Origin: Octopus vulgaris | Taxonomy: Eukaryota | Direction: 5' to 3' | DNA length: 64,000 nucleotides | Assembly: GCA_951406725.2 (NCBI GenBank) | Contig: OX597820.1 | Location: 101,680,001-101,744,000 of the forward strand | In this document: piece by piece, positions 38,127 to 51,611 of the stretch | Layout: each line of letters starts with the position of its first letter | Numbering within the stretch: the stretch's first letter is position 1 | The notes under the pieces: model-generated | What the model saw: the letters and a program-made list of their open reading frames with translations, nothing else | What the model was told of the DNA's origin: nothing | Databases searched by the model: none | Made by a program: the position numbers and the translations under genes

Positions 38127-38200
38127 TGCTTCTTCTCTTCTGACCTTCGTCAAGTACAGGACAGGTGATAACACGAGAGAAAATCTGAGGTTATATCTTA
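38127..38200 (-). promoter_or_regulatory. UQCRQ: Candidate non-coding first exon / promoter region of UQCRQ
   Basis: The ATG exon starts with an acceptor, so an upstream exon is needed; minus-strand donor GCA|GTAAGT at 38126 lies in a repeat-free region with more CpG; 5' end unknown. Confidence 0.4.
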
Positions 38201-38494
38201 GTTTCGTATCTTAAATATATTGATGATAAGACGAGGAAACCCCGTAAATTTAAGATTATTGCTGTGAATTATTTCTTAATATGAATTAATAAAATCTTAT
38301 TATTGTGAAATTTAAATCTTATTTATTTTCTACTTGTCCGAATACGACTCGCTTCCTTTAGTTAAGGTACGAACCTAAAGCTATTTCTGCTTGATGTTTC
38401 ACGTTCTGTACTAGCAAGGCTTATGGGACAAGTACACGCGACCAAGTCCGTTTTCGGGATCTTGCGCTGTGTCCTTTATATCGGTGGAACAGCT

Positions 38495-38876
38495 CTCTCT
38501 TTACTCTTTTACTTGTTTCAGTCATTTGACTGCGGCCATGCTGGAGCACCGCCTTTAGTCGAGCAAATCGACCCCAGGACTTATTCTTTGTAAGCCTAGT
38601 ACTTATTCTATCGGTCTTTTGCCGAACCGCTAAGTTACGGGGACGTAAACACACCAGCATCGGTTGTCAAGCAATGCTAGGGGGACAAACACAGACACAC
38701 AAACATATACATATATACGATGGGCTTCTTTCAGTTTCCATCTACCAAATCCACTCACAAGGCATTGGTCGGCCCGGGGCTATAGCAGAAGACACTTGCC
38801 CAAGATGCCACGCAGTGGGACTGAACCCGTAACCATGTGGTTGGTATGCAAGCTACTTACCACACAGCCACTCCTA
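38495..38876 (-). mobile_element. SINE family A
   Basis: Reverse complement of 1147-1561. Confidence 0.85.
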
Positions 38877-39291
38877 TGAATTGAATTGCTATCATTTTAT
38901 AATGTCGTTACTCATCGTCATAAAACAGTCTAGAATTACTGCGTTTTCTATCTTATTGATTTTAGAACAACTTTGAAAAAATCGTGATGTTGTGTAGTAT
39001 GAATGTTTCTGTAACCCTGTGCAACTATAATGTGTTAATGACCTTTAATAACAAACAACGAAAATAACACCATGCTACACATATTGTAAATACAGTACTT
39101 ACTCAAAAATGATTTATGTTGATGCAAGGTTGTGCTTAATTCAGCTAAAACCAACCTTATATGACCCTGCTAAGTCTGTCCTAGCAGGATATAACCACAT
39201 CATTAATTGTTAGAGGTATATACAATAGCTCGCTACTCTTCTAGATAAGCCACATCGGAATCTTTTCAAAAAAAAAAAATTAAAAAATCTA

Positions 39292-39443
39292 GGCGTAACT
39301 TCGGTATAGGTACCGGATACATTTCAAGAAAGTGTTTTATATATATATATATATATGGGGGGTTAGGGGTGGGAGAAAAGGGTTTCTGTTATCTTCAGAA
39401 ATGTAAACAAAGCCACTTACGGTACCTATACCGAAGGATCGCC
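39292..39443. mobile_element. Merlin-like MITE
   Basis: TIRs GGCGTAACTTCGGTATAGGTACCG / CGGTACCTATACCGAAGGATCGCC; 8-bp TSD AAAATCTA. Confidence 0.85.
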
Positions 39444-40226
39444 AAAATCTATGACAGATTGAAAAGATCTAAACAGTTTGATTTGGGTGGTAGATCTAAT
39501 ATTTTGCCCGGTTTATCTCCACCATGAGAGCCACTCTGTTTAACACTACGGTGGTGCACTGTCGTATCTCATACCACAGGTGATGTTTGTATATATGTAT
39601 CTTACATCTGGCAGCAGTGGTAGAGCTATCCAACCATGTAATTTCTTGACACACTCCACTGAGTTAATGCACATCTCCACTCCGTTGTTTGCTGAAGGCT
39701 GAGACGTGTACATGTGTTATTTGTATCTGGGATTGTGCATACATCATACTATTCACTGTACTATTTATTGACAGACACAGTTTTGTTCCCTATTCTTTAT
39801 TGTTTATTTTATTCTTATATTCTTGCTTACCAACCACATGGCTCCGGGTTCATTACCACTGCGTGGCACCTTGGGCATCTGTCTTCTGCTATAGCCTCAG
39901 GCTGACCAAAGCCTTTTGAGTGGATTTGTTAGACGGAAACTGAAAGAAGCCCGTTGTATATATATATATATATATATATATGAGTGTGTGTGGGTGTGTC
40001 TGTGTTTGTCCCCCCAACATCGCTTGACAACCGATGCTGGTGTGTTTAAGTCCCCATAACTTAGCGGTTCGGCAAAAGAGACCGATAGAATAAGTACTAG
40101 GCTTACAAAGAATAAGTCCTGTGGTCGATTTGCTCAACTAAAGGCGGTGCTACAGCATGACCGCAGTCAAATAACTGAAACAAGTAAAAGAGTATCTAAC
40201 CCCAATTTTTTTTTTTTTTTTATTAG

Positions 40227-43149
40227 ATGGTTCTGAATGCTATAAAAGTGAGAAATCTTTCCTTTCAGATTCACAATGGACTACAAAAGGCAGATGGAAA
40301 AACTGAGAGAGAATTAGACATAAAAGAATCAGGATCATTTCTTGATGAAGAACCAGATGAAAAAGAATCTGAAGTGGAAGAAGAGAGTATAGCTGAGGAA
40401 AAAACAGATGAAGAGGGAGAAACTGAAGCAGATGGCATGTTGCAGACTTCACCAGATGATCCTTTAGAAGAAACAGATGACGCTAATGATGAAAATGAAC
40501 AACAGACCACAAGGAACAGTTTATAGAACATCATCCTCATCATCATCATTTAACGTCTGCTTTCCATGCTAGCATGGGTTGGACGATTTGACTGAGGTCT
40601 GGTGAACCAGGCTCCAATCTGATCTGGCAGAGTTTCTACAGCTGGATGCCCTTCCTAACGCCAACCACTCCGAGAGTGTAGTGGGTGCTTTTACGTGCCA
40701 TCATCACAAGGGCCAGTCAGGTGGTACTGGCAATGGCAATGCTCAAATGGTGTTTTTTATGTGCCACCTGCACAGGAGCCAGTCCAGCGGCACTGGCAAT
40801 GACCTCGCTCAAAAGTTTTTCCCATGCCACCAGCACAAGTGCTAGTAAGGCGATGCAGGTAATGATCACGCTCAAATGGTGCTTTTTACGTGCCACCAGC
40901 ATCGAAGCCAGTTTGTTGCTCTGGCAATGATCACGCTCGGATGGTGCTCTTAGCGCTCCACTCGCATGGATGCCAGTCATCGAATTTGATTTCAATTTCA
41001 CTTGCCTCAACAGGTTTTCATAAGCAGAGTTTGGTGTCCAACGAAGGAAAGGTACGCATAAGTGGGCTGGTTACACCCCTGGCATAGGCCACGAGGTTAT
41101 GGTCTCACTTGGCTTGCCGAGTCTTCTCAAGCACAGCATATTTCCAAAGGTCCCAGTCACTAGTCATTGCCTCGATGGGGCCCAATGTTCAAAGGTCATG
41201 CTTCACCACCTCATCCCAGGAAACCTCTGGAAAGAAGTTCTCCATGTCTTCCACAGCATATATCAGGATTCACCAGGACCAAGAGTAGCAGCAAAACATG
41301 TGTACACTGCAAAGGACTGCTGGTCTTTGTTTCTCACTCAAGAACTTCTGAATGAATTAGTAGCTTGTACTAATAGATACATGGACAGTAAACAAGGAAA
41401 GCATAAAGATAAGTCAAAAGAGAGACATACTAATGAAAGGGAGAGGAAAGTTGCAATAGGACTGCTTTATCTATTAGGAGTTTTCAGAGCTAACTGAATG
41501 AATATGGAAGATGTTTGGGTGACCAATGGTACAGGAATTCAGATTTTTCTGGCAACGATGTCTTTGCAGCGATTTCGTTTCCTGCTGAGGTCTATGAGGT
41601 TTGATGGCATCCACACCCAGGCTGAAAGGAGGCTAGAAGATAAGTTTGCACCTTTTAGAAAGTTCTTTGGGAAATTTGTTAATAATTGTATCTCCAATTA
41701 TAATCTTCATCATCATCATTTAACATCCATTTTACATGCTGTCATAGGTTGGATGGTTTGACTGAGGACTGGCAAGCCAATAGGCTGCACCAGGCTCCAG
41801 TCTGATCTGGCAAGGCTTCTACAGCTTGATGCCAATGCCAACCACTCCAAGAGTGTAGTGAGTGCTTTTTATGTGTGACCAGCACAGGAGCTAGTCAAGC
41901 TGTTCTGGCTTCAATCATGTTCGGATGGTGCTTTTTACATACCACTGGCACAAGAGCCAGTTAGGAGGCACTAGTTTTGACCACATTCAGAAGGTGATTT
42001 TTATGTGCCACCGGCACAAGAGCCAGTCGGGAGCACTGGCATTGACCATGTTTGGATGGTGCTTTTTACATGCCACCAGCACGGGGAGCCAGTCAGGCAG
42101 CACTGACATTGACCCACACTTGAATGATGCTTATTACATGCCGCTAGCATGTCGGTCAGGCAGTACTGGTATTGGCCCCAACTACAATTTCATTTGACTG
42201 TCTCAGAGTAGATGAAATACTGGCTGCCAGAACTGTCCATTCTGGATCTACATGCCAAGTAAACCAGCCAAATATGGCATAAAAATATTTATTTTAGCAG
42301 ATGCTAAAACTTTCTGTGTCATGCCCTTCTGTAGTAGATAATTCAGGAGCAGCACTGGTAAAACAGTTGGTGTCTCATACAAATGGGTCTGGAAGAAATA
42401 TTACAATGAACAATTGGTTTACAAGTTATGGACTTGCAGTCGATCTCTTGAAGAATTATAGATTAACATTAGTTGGCAATCTGAGAAAGAACAAGATAGG
42501 ACTTCCTCCTCAGTTTGTAGCCACAAGAGGCAGAACTGAAAACACAAGCTTGTTTGGTTTCCAGAAGAATGTTACACTGACCTCATATGTTCCCAAGGAA
42601 GGTAAAAATGTCCCACTGAGCACAATGCAACATGATGCTGCAATTGATGAAAGTACAAAAGAAAACCAGAGATTAATATCTTCAACTACTAAAGGCGGGG
42701 TAGAAACTGTGGATCAGTTGCGTTCCATCTACAATGTTTCCAAAAATACTCGACATTGGCCACTTACAGTTTTCTACACCATACTCAATGTTGCAGGAAT
42801 AAATGCATACAATATATTCATGGCAAACTCTCAAACAGCTATCAGGCGCCAAAAGTTTTGGAGGGAATTGGGATTCAAATTGGTAGAGGACCATATCCAT
42901 CAGCACAAGACAAACCTATATTTGAGGAAAGACTTGATGCAATATTTCTCAGCATCTAAGGGATTACCTCCAAAACATCATCATGAAGATTCCATGCAAA
43001 GATGCTCATTGTTCCTCAGGTCAAAAGATCGTAAGACTAGAAATTGCTGCCAGAAGTGCTATAAGCCCATCTGCTTGGAACATGCCATGCACATTTGCAT
43101 TGACTGCTTTGCTCAGAGTGATGAAGATGATAGTACAAACAATGAGTAA
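40227..43149 (+). pseudogene. piggyBac transposase pseudogene (PGBD-like)
   Basis: Acidic N-terminus (40227-40526); MSLQRFRFLLRSMRFD..DKFAPFR; VDE and YMPSKPAKYGIK (~42210-42290); NITMNNWFTS, TKGGVETVDQ, RHWP, C-terminal Cys-rich domain; stops and inserts at ~40528-41220 and ~41706-42195. Confidence 0.92.
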
Positions 43150-43324
43150 ATAGTAAATATGAAAGGAGTACTCTCCCCACCAAAAAATAGTTTTATTTTG
43201 TTTGACCTTCATTTTCAAAGAGTACTTGTTTCTTTTTGTTTACGGTAACTAGTGAATAGATTTCACTGTAAATATATATATTTGTGAAGGCTGGACGGGC
43301 ACCTCAGTCAGCAGATCTCACTAT

Positions 43325-43371
43325 CCTGGGCTGATGATGGGTTAAGACCCAGAAACATGCATGTCCTCAGG
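43325..43371 (+). ncRNA. Type I hammerhead ribozyme, intact core
   Basis: CCTGGG-CTGATGA-TGGGT(TAAG)ACCCA-GAAA-CATGCAT-GTC-CTCAGG; palindromic helix III; stem I extends to 43277/43418. Confidence 0.9.
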
Positions 43372-45526
43372 TGTGAATCTTGGCTGGTGGGGGTGCTTGC
43401 CTCCCCTTCACAAATATAAGGACACAGAAAATGTGTCAAAGCCAACAGGAAGTGTTCGATGCTTCCTAGGGCTAAACAGCGGTGGTGTAATTCCCATACG
43501 GGACTGTCACGTTAAGTTGACAGTATACAACCACTCTAAATAAATACCTTATATCAAAATGTTTTTTGGTAATATTATCACTTAAGAACACATATAAAAT
43601 ACTAAAAATAGCTAAAAGTATGAGTAGGGTTCTCCATATGCTACCATACTAACCATGAGAAATACAGAACTGCACCACTGGAGGGTTAATGCATTCACAC
43701 TGGGTCACTAGTTATGTTATTTTGGTGTGCGCATTCTACAACACCTTCCCTTTCTTGTGTAATGCCACTGTTTTTTTGCTGGTTACAGGTGCTAAATAAA
43801 ACAAGGGGACAGAGATGTATTGTGAAAGAATTACGCATGTGGTGTAGTGCTTTGAGCCCATACAGTAGTGGTTGTGGTAGTGGTAAAGCAGTAAGATCCC
43901 CAGAAAAATTTTTTGAAATTGGACCTGAATCTGGGGCAGTGGGGGTGGACATCAACTTTGGAGACAATAGTGATTCTTGACTGACCTTTGCACAAGTTTA
44001 ATCATTCAGTTCTGATTTCAATAACAAACCGTCCCTTACTTTTGGAGGAAATTCCTAAAAGACAAGGTGAAATTCCTAGATCCCTATACTGTACTAAACA
44101 TGCAGGTAACATTGTTACCCTTCCTTTTCATTTTAATACAAAACCCTACTTCATAATGGTGATGCATATAACATGATTCATACTCTGTAAGCCATACAGT
44201 TTATTCAAAACAATTTTCTAAATAATTTATTTTGGCTCCCTTGAACTTTTGCACATGCAGGAATATGTAACAGAATTTCTAAACTTTGTTATGAGTCCTT
44301 GGACTTCACAATTCATGTCTGTGTATAAGTTGCTGAATGATGGCACCCAAGCTATTTGTGTACATAGTTGCTTGGTTTCCAGATTGAAACTGATGGATCA
44401 TAATTTTTTCAGCTTTTGTCAATAGAATGTTGAGAGGGAAACAAATGAAAAGGGCAATGGAATTGGTTATAGAAATGCTGTTGAACAACATTTCTGTAAC
44501 CAACCAATAACTACAGCATTATCTTAGCATTGAGATCTAGTTTTATAATGGCATTTCATCTTTTACAAGTTGATCCAAAAATATTTCTATCATGTTTTCA
44601 GTGCCTATTTGTCTTTTGGATAAACCCAAGATGATAAGTCTCCAGTTAATGATAAATTGTCTCCTTACTAACCAATATCATCATCATCATCGTTTAACGT
44701 CCGTTCTCCATGGGTTGGACAGTTTGACCGGGGATCTGGGAAGCCAGAAGGCTGTACCAACCAGGCTCCAGTCTGATCTGGCAGTGTTTCTACAACTGGA
44801 TGCCCTTCCTAACACCAACCACTCCGAGAGTGTAGTGGGTGCTTTTTACGTGCCACCAGCACAGGTGCCAGGCGAGGCTGGCAATGGCCACAATCAGATT
44901 GGTGCCTTTTACGTGCCATCAGCACGGAAGCCAGTCAAGGCGGCACTGGCATCGTTTATATATCAGTATAATAAAACGTTCTTACCATTTGTTGTCGATG
45001 TGCTTGATCTTGAGTAGAGTCAAACAGGAGATCAAAATGGGCCTAATGAACAAATGCCATATAGCAATTTGTGTTGAACAACTGAAAATATTCATTAACA
45101 CTAACAGAAAGAAATATAATATTGTTCCAAGGTTACTTTTCACATTAACGAGTTCACTTCCATGAGAGTATCAAACTTTGTCAACAGTTTTAGTAATCCT
45201 CACAAAACTTTTGAAATTAGATTTGGATTTGCACAAATTTTAACATTCTTTCTATGCTTTACAGATTTCTCATAATTTAGAACAGACTAACACATATTTG
45301 TCAGTGACATTTTCAAGTTTCGTTTAGAAAGGAAAGAAATGCACCCCCCCCACTCCAGTAAATTTGTGAAATGGTTGGTAAATGTAGTGAGAATGGCACA
45401 AAAGAATATAACTACTTTAAGCGCGCACTTGTAGGCTGAAGATTACAAGTGTACTTACCATGGTACTCTTGTTGAGCAGAGTGAATCAGGGTCTGTAAGC
45501 TTCCTTGATATATATATATATATATA

Positions 45527-46746
45527 TCAGGTCATCCCATATGTAATGTTTCTTGTAGACTTTGAAGAAATAAAAAAAACAAGTAATGTAACAATTTAAT
45601 CAACTATGTAATCCCCATCTGAAACAATAACATTCTTCCAATGCTGTAAAAGGTTTTTTACGTCAGCCTTATCGAAATCAGTTGGCTTAGAAGAGAAAAA
45701 CTCCTGAAGGTCTATTTCAAGGGCATCTAAGGAATTGTATTCTGTTCCACCAATAAAATTTTCCAGGCTTTGGAATAAGTGATAATCTGAAGGAGCAAGG
45801 TCAGGAGAATATGGAGGATGTGGAAGCGTTTCCTAACCTAGCTCTTCAATCTTGGAACATGTGGTTCTTGCACCACGAGGTCTGGCATTGTCATGGTGGA
45901 AATGACACCCTTTCACTTGACTGGAAAGTACCATTTTTCTGTAAGTTTTTCATTCAGTCTAACAATTTGTTCACAGTACACTTGAGCTGTAATTGTTTGG
46001 TTTTGTGACAAGGTTTCAAAGTCCCACCAAATGCTTAGCAAAACTTTCTGATGATGAAGAGCTTGTTTTGGATGGAGTTTTACTTGTTCTCCTGGCTGAA
46101 CCTATTGATGTCAGTGTTTAACATTCTTTTGGAGTATCCACTTTCCATCACCAGTCACTTGGCAGTTTAAAAATGGAAATTTTTTCTCATAGATAAAGAG
46201 TAGTACAGATGCTTTCTGTCATTGTTTTCACTCAGCTTATGTGAAACCCACTTGCCAAACTTAGACATGCTTCCAAGTTCTTGCAAATGGCAGTGGACAG
46301 TAGATGACAACTGCTAACTCTTCAATAGTTGCATCTGAGGTTCTTCCAGTAGCAGCTTTCAACACATCCTTACCAAAAGAGACAGGGTGCCCAGACATCT
46401 TCCAAGCTGAAATCCCTTTGTCAAAATTTATGGAACCAATTATAGCGCTTATGAATATTCAAACCACCTTTAGTATACACTTCTTGTACATTTTTTACAA
46501 TATTTGTTGCATTTTTGTCATTTTTATGCTTATGTCTTAAGAGCTCTTCTGTGACCTTTATTGTCATGAGGGGCTATCAAAGCAACAAATTATTATTTGA
46601 GTGTCTGCAAGTTAAAATCTATCTAACTGAAGCTTTCCTTGCTCTGTGGTATTCATGCACTCATGAAAAAAACCTTGTTTAAACATGTTAGAGCATGTTT
46701 CAACAAACAAGTAAAGTATAAAAAAGCAACATTACTTATGGAATGA

Positions 46747-46751
<5 letters not shown>
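45527..46751 (-). mobile_element. mariner element (decayed)
   Basis: 22-bp TIRs TCAGGTCATCCCATATGTAATG / CATTACTTATGGAATGATCTGA within (TA)n; minus strand HPPYSPDLAPSDYHLF at ~45775-45822. Confidence 0.9.
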
Positions 46752-46808
<57 letters not shown>

Positions 46809-46930
46809 CAAAATAAGAAAATGGAGAAATACACCTTAATCAATAATCAACTACCAGATAATACCCAATCACATAATTTATTAACCCACTACATATGAAC
46901 ATCAAGTTCAAACATAATAGTATAGAACAA

Positions 46931-46961
<31 letters not shown>

Positions 46962-46991
46962 CATACACACCCCCACACATATAAACATATA

Positions 46992-47885
46992 CGAGGTAAT
47001 ATCAAAAGGTTCCTGGACTAGTTATGTTTAATAAAAAATAACTTATTTACCTAAGTTTTAACATCATGTCCTTTGAAATTGTCAACTTGCACAGCAGTAC
47101 ACTGGTCCCAGTGTTCCTGCCACCTTTGGAATCTGGCCTGGAAGTCATTTCCGTAAGCATGTCAAGGACTTCTGTGATTCACTCTGGATCTCAACAGTGG
47201 AGTTAAAATGGTAACCTTTGAGCTACATTTCGATCTTGGGGAAGAGATAGAAGTTCACAAATGCTAAATTTGGCAAATAGGGCAGGTGCAGAAATGAAAC
47301 CATGTTGTTTTTGGTGAGAAACTCCTGAGTAAGGAGAGTTCGGTGACAGGGTGCATTGTCATCGTGAAGAGTCCATTTCTTTGTGCTCCACAGATCTGGT
47401 CGCTTTCACCAAATGCTTCAAAACATTAGAGTAGAACTCTCGATTAATAGTCAGGCCTGGAGAATGCATTCTTCATGCACAATAACACATTCTGGAGGGT
47501 GATGCTCATGGCAGGTCTTCCAGAGCATTCATCACCTTCCAGGGACTTCTTCTGCATTTGAAGCGTCTGCACCACTCAAAACATTGTGTATGACCCATTG
47601 CCTCATTGCTCACTGTAAGCTTGCCAAAGCATGCTCAATGTCTCTAGAAGACTTCCCAAGTTTGATGCAAAATTTCACATTGGCTTTTTGTACCTGTCCA
47701 TGACAAAATTACAGACTACATGTGATCACAAAAACACAAATTTCACAATTTGCAAAGTAAACAGCAATGTCACTCAGCACACTGCCTCGTAAAGGTCCCT
47801 GCTAGCTGTCACTGTACATGCAACCATGTGCTGCCATCTATTGGCTCACCACCGAACTAGTTTGGGAACTTTTTGATACCACCTG
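46992..47885 (-). mobile_element. Second mariner-like element (internally deleted)
   Basis: TIRs GAGGTAATATCAAAAGGTTCCTGGACTAGTT / AACTAGTTTGGGAACTTTTTGATACCACCT; minus-strand HDDNAPCH remnant near 47345-47365. Confidence 0.75.
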
Positions 47886-48256
47886 TGTGTGTATGTGTCT
47901 TTGTGTTTGTTCTCCACACTACTTGACCATTGGTGTGAGCTTGTTCATGTCCCCATAATGTATCAGTTTGACAAAAATGTCTCATAGAATATTTACCAAA
48001 CATAAAAAATAAGTACTTGGGTTGATTTATTTTATTAAACCTTTCCAGGCAGTGCTCCAGTATGGCTGCTGTCCAATGACTCAAACAAGATATATGAATA
48101 CACAAATAAGTGTATGTTGTGAGAGAATATGTATTTGTGTTTGTGTGTGTATATAGTGACACTGCTTCTACCATCAGCAGGTTCTTTTCATCTTTCATGA
48201 CAAGCCTTTGAAACTGATTCCACCAAATCAGTAAAGTTCATTTTCTATATATATAA

Positions 48257-48644
48257 CTAGCGGTATCGCCCAGCGTTGCTCGGGTTTGTAAGGGAAATAA
48301 CTATATAAGCATGTTTAGAGAGTTATAGCCAAAAAATGCATTAAAAATGGAAAAAAAATTATGGTAAATTTTTTTTTAAATCGTTGACTCATCGTAGACA
48401 TTTTTAGAGAGTTATTTCCCTTATATAATAGCGAAAAAAATGCATTAAAATGGAAAAAAATGATGGTAAATTTTTTTTTTAATCGTAGACTCATCGTAGA
48501 CACGCGCTAATACCCAGAAGGGCTCGATATGAATCACGACTATAAGATACCCGGTTTTTGTTAAACTGCACTGCAAAATGTGGGAGTAGTTAGGAATCTA
48601 AATTGTAGGAGACAGACACACAACTTCACTTTTATATATAAAGA
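48257..48644 (-). mobile_element. Non-autonomous Helitron
   Basis: Minus strand 5'-TC...hairpin CCCGAGCAACGCTGGG...CTAG-3', inserted between A and T; second copy at 58813. Confidence 0.85.
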
Positions 48645-48939
48645 TTTGATATTTCTCTTGACAGATTTTGTATATAATCTTAAAGAGTAACTTGTTATAT
48701 TAAATTTCATTAGTCACATGATCTTGTTTTCATGATTGCAACAGCAAACATTTAATGATGTTACATGTTTAGCTATTTTGTTTTTTCTGCAGACAGTCTG
48801 TTTCCTTTTGGTGCCATTTGACTTTGCAGACAGATCGTCTTGTACCTACTGTTCATTACAAAATATCACATATTCATGCTCTAATCAGAGATTGTCGCAG
48901 TGTAGTCTGTTAGTATACAAAACCACATAACAGAAATGA

Positions 48940-48988
<49 letters not shown>

Positions 48989-49399
48989 TCTCTCTCTTTC
49001 TCTCTCTCTCTCTTTCTCTTTCCTTCTCTCTCTTTCTCTCTCTCTCTCTTGCTCTTTCCCTCTCTCTCTCTTTCTCTCTCTCTCTTTCTCTTGCTCTCTC
49101 CCCCTCTCTCTCACTCTTATACACACACACACCACACATTCTCTTTTTCTCTCATTCTTTCAAAAGAGAAGTAACTTGTATTTATTCCATGTCAGCTGGT
49201 ATAAGTCAGCAAAGACGTTCTCTCATATAAACATAGACATACTGACACACAGAGAAAATGAGAAGGGGACACACTCATTCATACACACACACACACACAC
49301 ACCTGCATGTGCTCTTTGCTGTACATACATGCACATTGAGTTTAAAACACAAATTGTTTGAAATATGTTGTACTCATGTAACCATATTCTTTGCCTATT

Positions 49400-49716
49400 C
49401 CTAGGAGAGTTATTCAGATAGGGTCCTTAGGCAGCTCCTCCATAGGGCCCTATCAGAAGCAACGATCAACCATTAGACTTTCTAGTTGGATTTCCAAGTG
49501 TGACTGAGACTATGGATTTTATCCAATCATCTCATTCTTGGTTGACCCCTAGATCTTCTGCCTGTAAGCTTGTCTTGAAAAAACTGCCTTGCAGTTCTTT
49601 CCTATGACGTTCTAATCACATGTCTGTAATACCTTATCTGTGACTTCTCTGTGTGGAGAAGTATTGGTATAATGTGGAGAAACTCTTTGTTCTCCAACCT
49701 ATGCAACCTGTTGAGC
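49400..49716 (-). mobile_element. Decayed RTE-like LINE 3' fragment
   Basis: Minus strand GRRSRGQPRMR*LD motif. Confidence 0.5.
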
Positions 49717-49843
49717 AGGGCCGGATTCAGACCCATAGAGGCCCCATGCACTTAAAAGATTTTGGTATCCCCATATATATGTATTCAAAATATAAACAAT
49801 AAAATGAATTTTAATTTTTCAAAAGGAAACAAAACTAACAGTA

Positions 49844-50272
49844 AGGCGCAGGAGTTGCTGTGTGGTAAGTAGCTTGCTTACTAACCACATGGTTCTTGTT
49901 TCAGTCCCACTGCATGGCACCTTGGGCAAGTGTCTTCTACTATAGCCTCGGGTTGATCAAAGCCTTGTGAGTGGATTTGGTAGACAGAAGCTGAAAGAAG
50001 CCCATCGTATATATATATACATATATATACATGTATGTGTGTGTATATGTTTGTGTGTCTGAGTTTGTCCCCCTCCCCCGACATCGCTTGACAACTGATG
50101 CTGTTGTGTTTACGTCCCCATAGGTGTTGTGTTAGTGGTTCAACAAAAGAGACCAATAGAATAAGTACTAGGCTTACAAAGAATAAGTCCTGGGATCGAT
50201 ATGCTTGACTAAAGGCGGTGCTCCAGCATGGCCACAGTCAAATGACTAAAACAAGTAAAAGAGTAAAGAGAG
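49844..50272 (+). mobile_element. SINE family A
   Basis: Similarity to 1147-1561. Confidence 0.85.
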
Positions 50273-51611
50273 TAAGATGGAAAATAAAGGCCTATATATA
50301 CTTCCACTTTAATTATATTTAAGTTGTCTCCCACTTTTTTTTTAATTGCAATGTCTTTAATCAGATTCGCATTATGACACCATGAATACTTTGAAATTAT
50401 ATTTCCAATCATATAAACTGCTTTGAAAATTATTTCAGCAAGTTTAAAGGGATTTCATTTGTATTGTAAACCATTTACCATTTCTGTGATGCCCCCTTTC
50501 CTTTGATGCTCTAAGCACATGCTCATTTTGTTTAATGGTTTATCCTGTACTGTTGTTGAGTAACGTTACTCCAGGGATATTTTGGAGGAACCCCATTTCA
50601 TGCACTTTCAACCCATTATCCATCCTTCATGTTGTACTCTATGAAGAAAAGTAATATGTTTACTTGAACTCAGCCATATTTTTTATATGAACCATTTGAA
50701 GATATTTTGTGGTGCATTATTTTGCAGTAATCATTTACTTTAATTTCTTCTGCTTTGACCCATTGGAATCATCTTCATCTTTTTGACAGAATAAAAGTTT
50801 GTAATGGGCAATTTTTAAGGAATTATGAGTGCCAAACTACTCACTAAAACAAGACTCCAATAGTCAAAAATTATAGCTCCCCTAATTACAGAACCTGTAT
50901 CAACCTTAGAGAAATTATATCTCAAATTTAAATCAGGATGTATCTTCACTATAAAAAAAAGATCCATCTGTTCATCCAAACATTTTTGCATAGACCAAAC
51001 AAAACTTTCTTTGAGAACCAAACTCACAATTCATTTGCAATAAATATGAGATTCTAATAATAAACAGATTTCACTAAGTGAACATTTAGCTGTATGTGCA
51101 ATAATTAATCACCAAAAGTTCTGGTCTTCCCACTATTATTGTTCTGATAAAACCACAGACCAAATAGAGACAAATAAAGAAATAATTTTATTAAAAAATG
51201 TTAATCATGACTGATGGAATAGATATGTAACAGGTATGTATCTAAAATTTGTAACTAGACCTTCCAAATTGATTAATGACAACATCAAGGGACTGACCAA
51301 TAGCTCTCTTTTGACAAACACCATTTGCAATAATATAAAAAAAATGTCTGGAATGAAGAAGAACAAGAAGACTTCCTAGAAGAGTTAACTACATTTACAT
51401 GTGCAATTTGAGTGACCTATGTCACTTAATAAAAATGTTGTGCCCACTTATGCATTACTTTCAGTACAACCCTTGCATGTATATGGCGATAGGGAGATGT
51501 ATGTATGCATATACACGCACATATGCAATTATACTTTACTTAATGGCCTCTCACATTAATCTACTTTTGTTATATTAGGAAAATAGAATTTAAATAATAA
51601 GCAATAATAAA

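Larger units (their letters stand above)
39544..43685 (+). mobile_element. Decayed piggyBac transposon with nested insertions
   Basis: TTAA at 39540 and 43686; imperfect TIRs CACTACGGTGGTGCAC / TGCACCACTGGAGGG; transposase remnants inside. Confidence 0.85.

Noticed and set aside
40227-40526. Acidic 99-aa ORF with apparent splice acceptor, looking like a host exon
   Set aside because: Lies inside the piggyBac TIRs where the acidic transposase N-terminus is expected
43695-44680. Short ORFs with faint resemblance to a decayed LTR-retrotransposon integrase region
   Set aside because: Similarity too weak to support by eye
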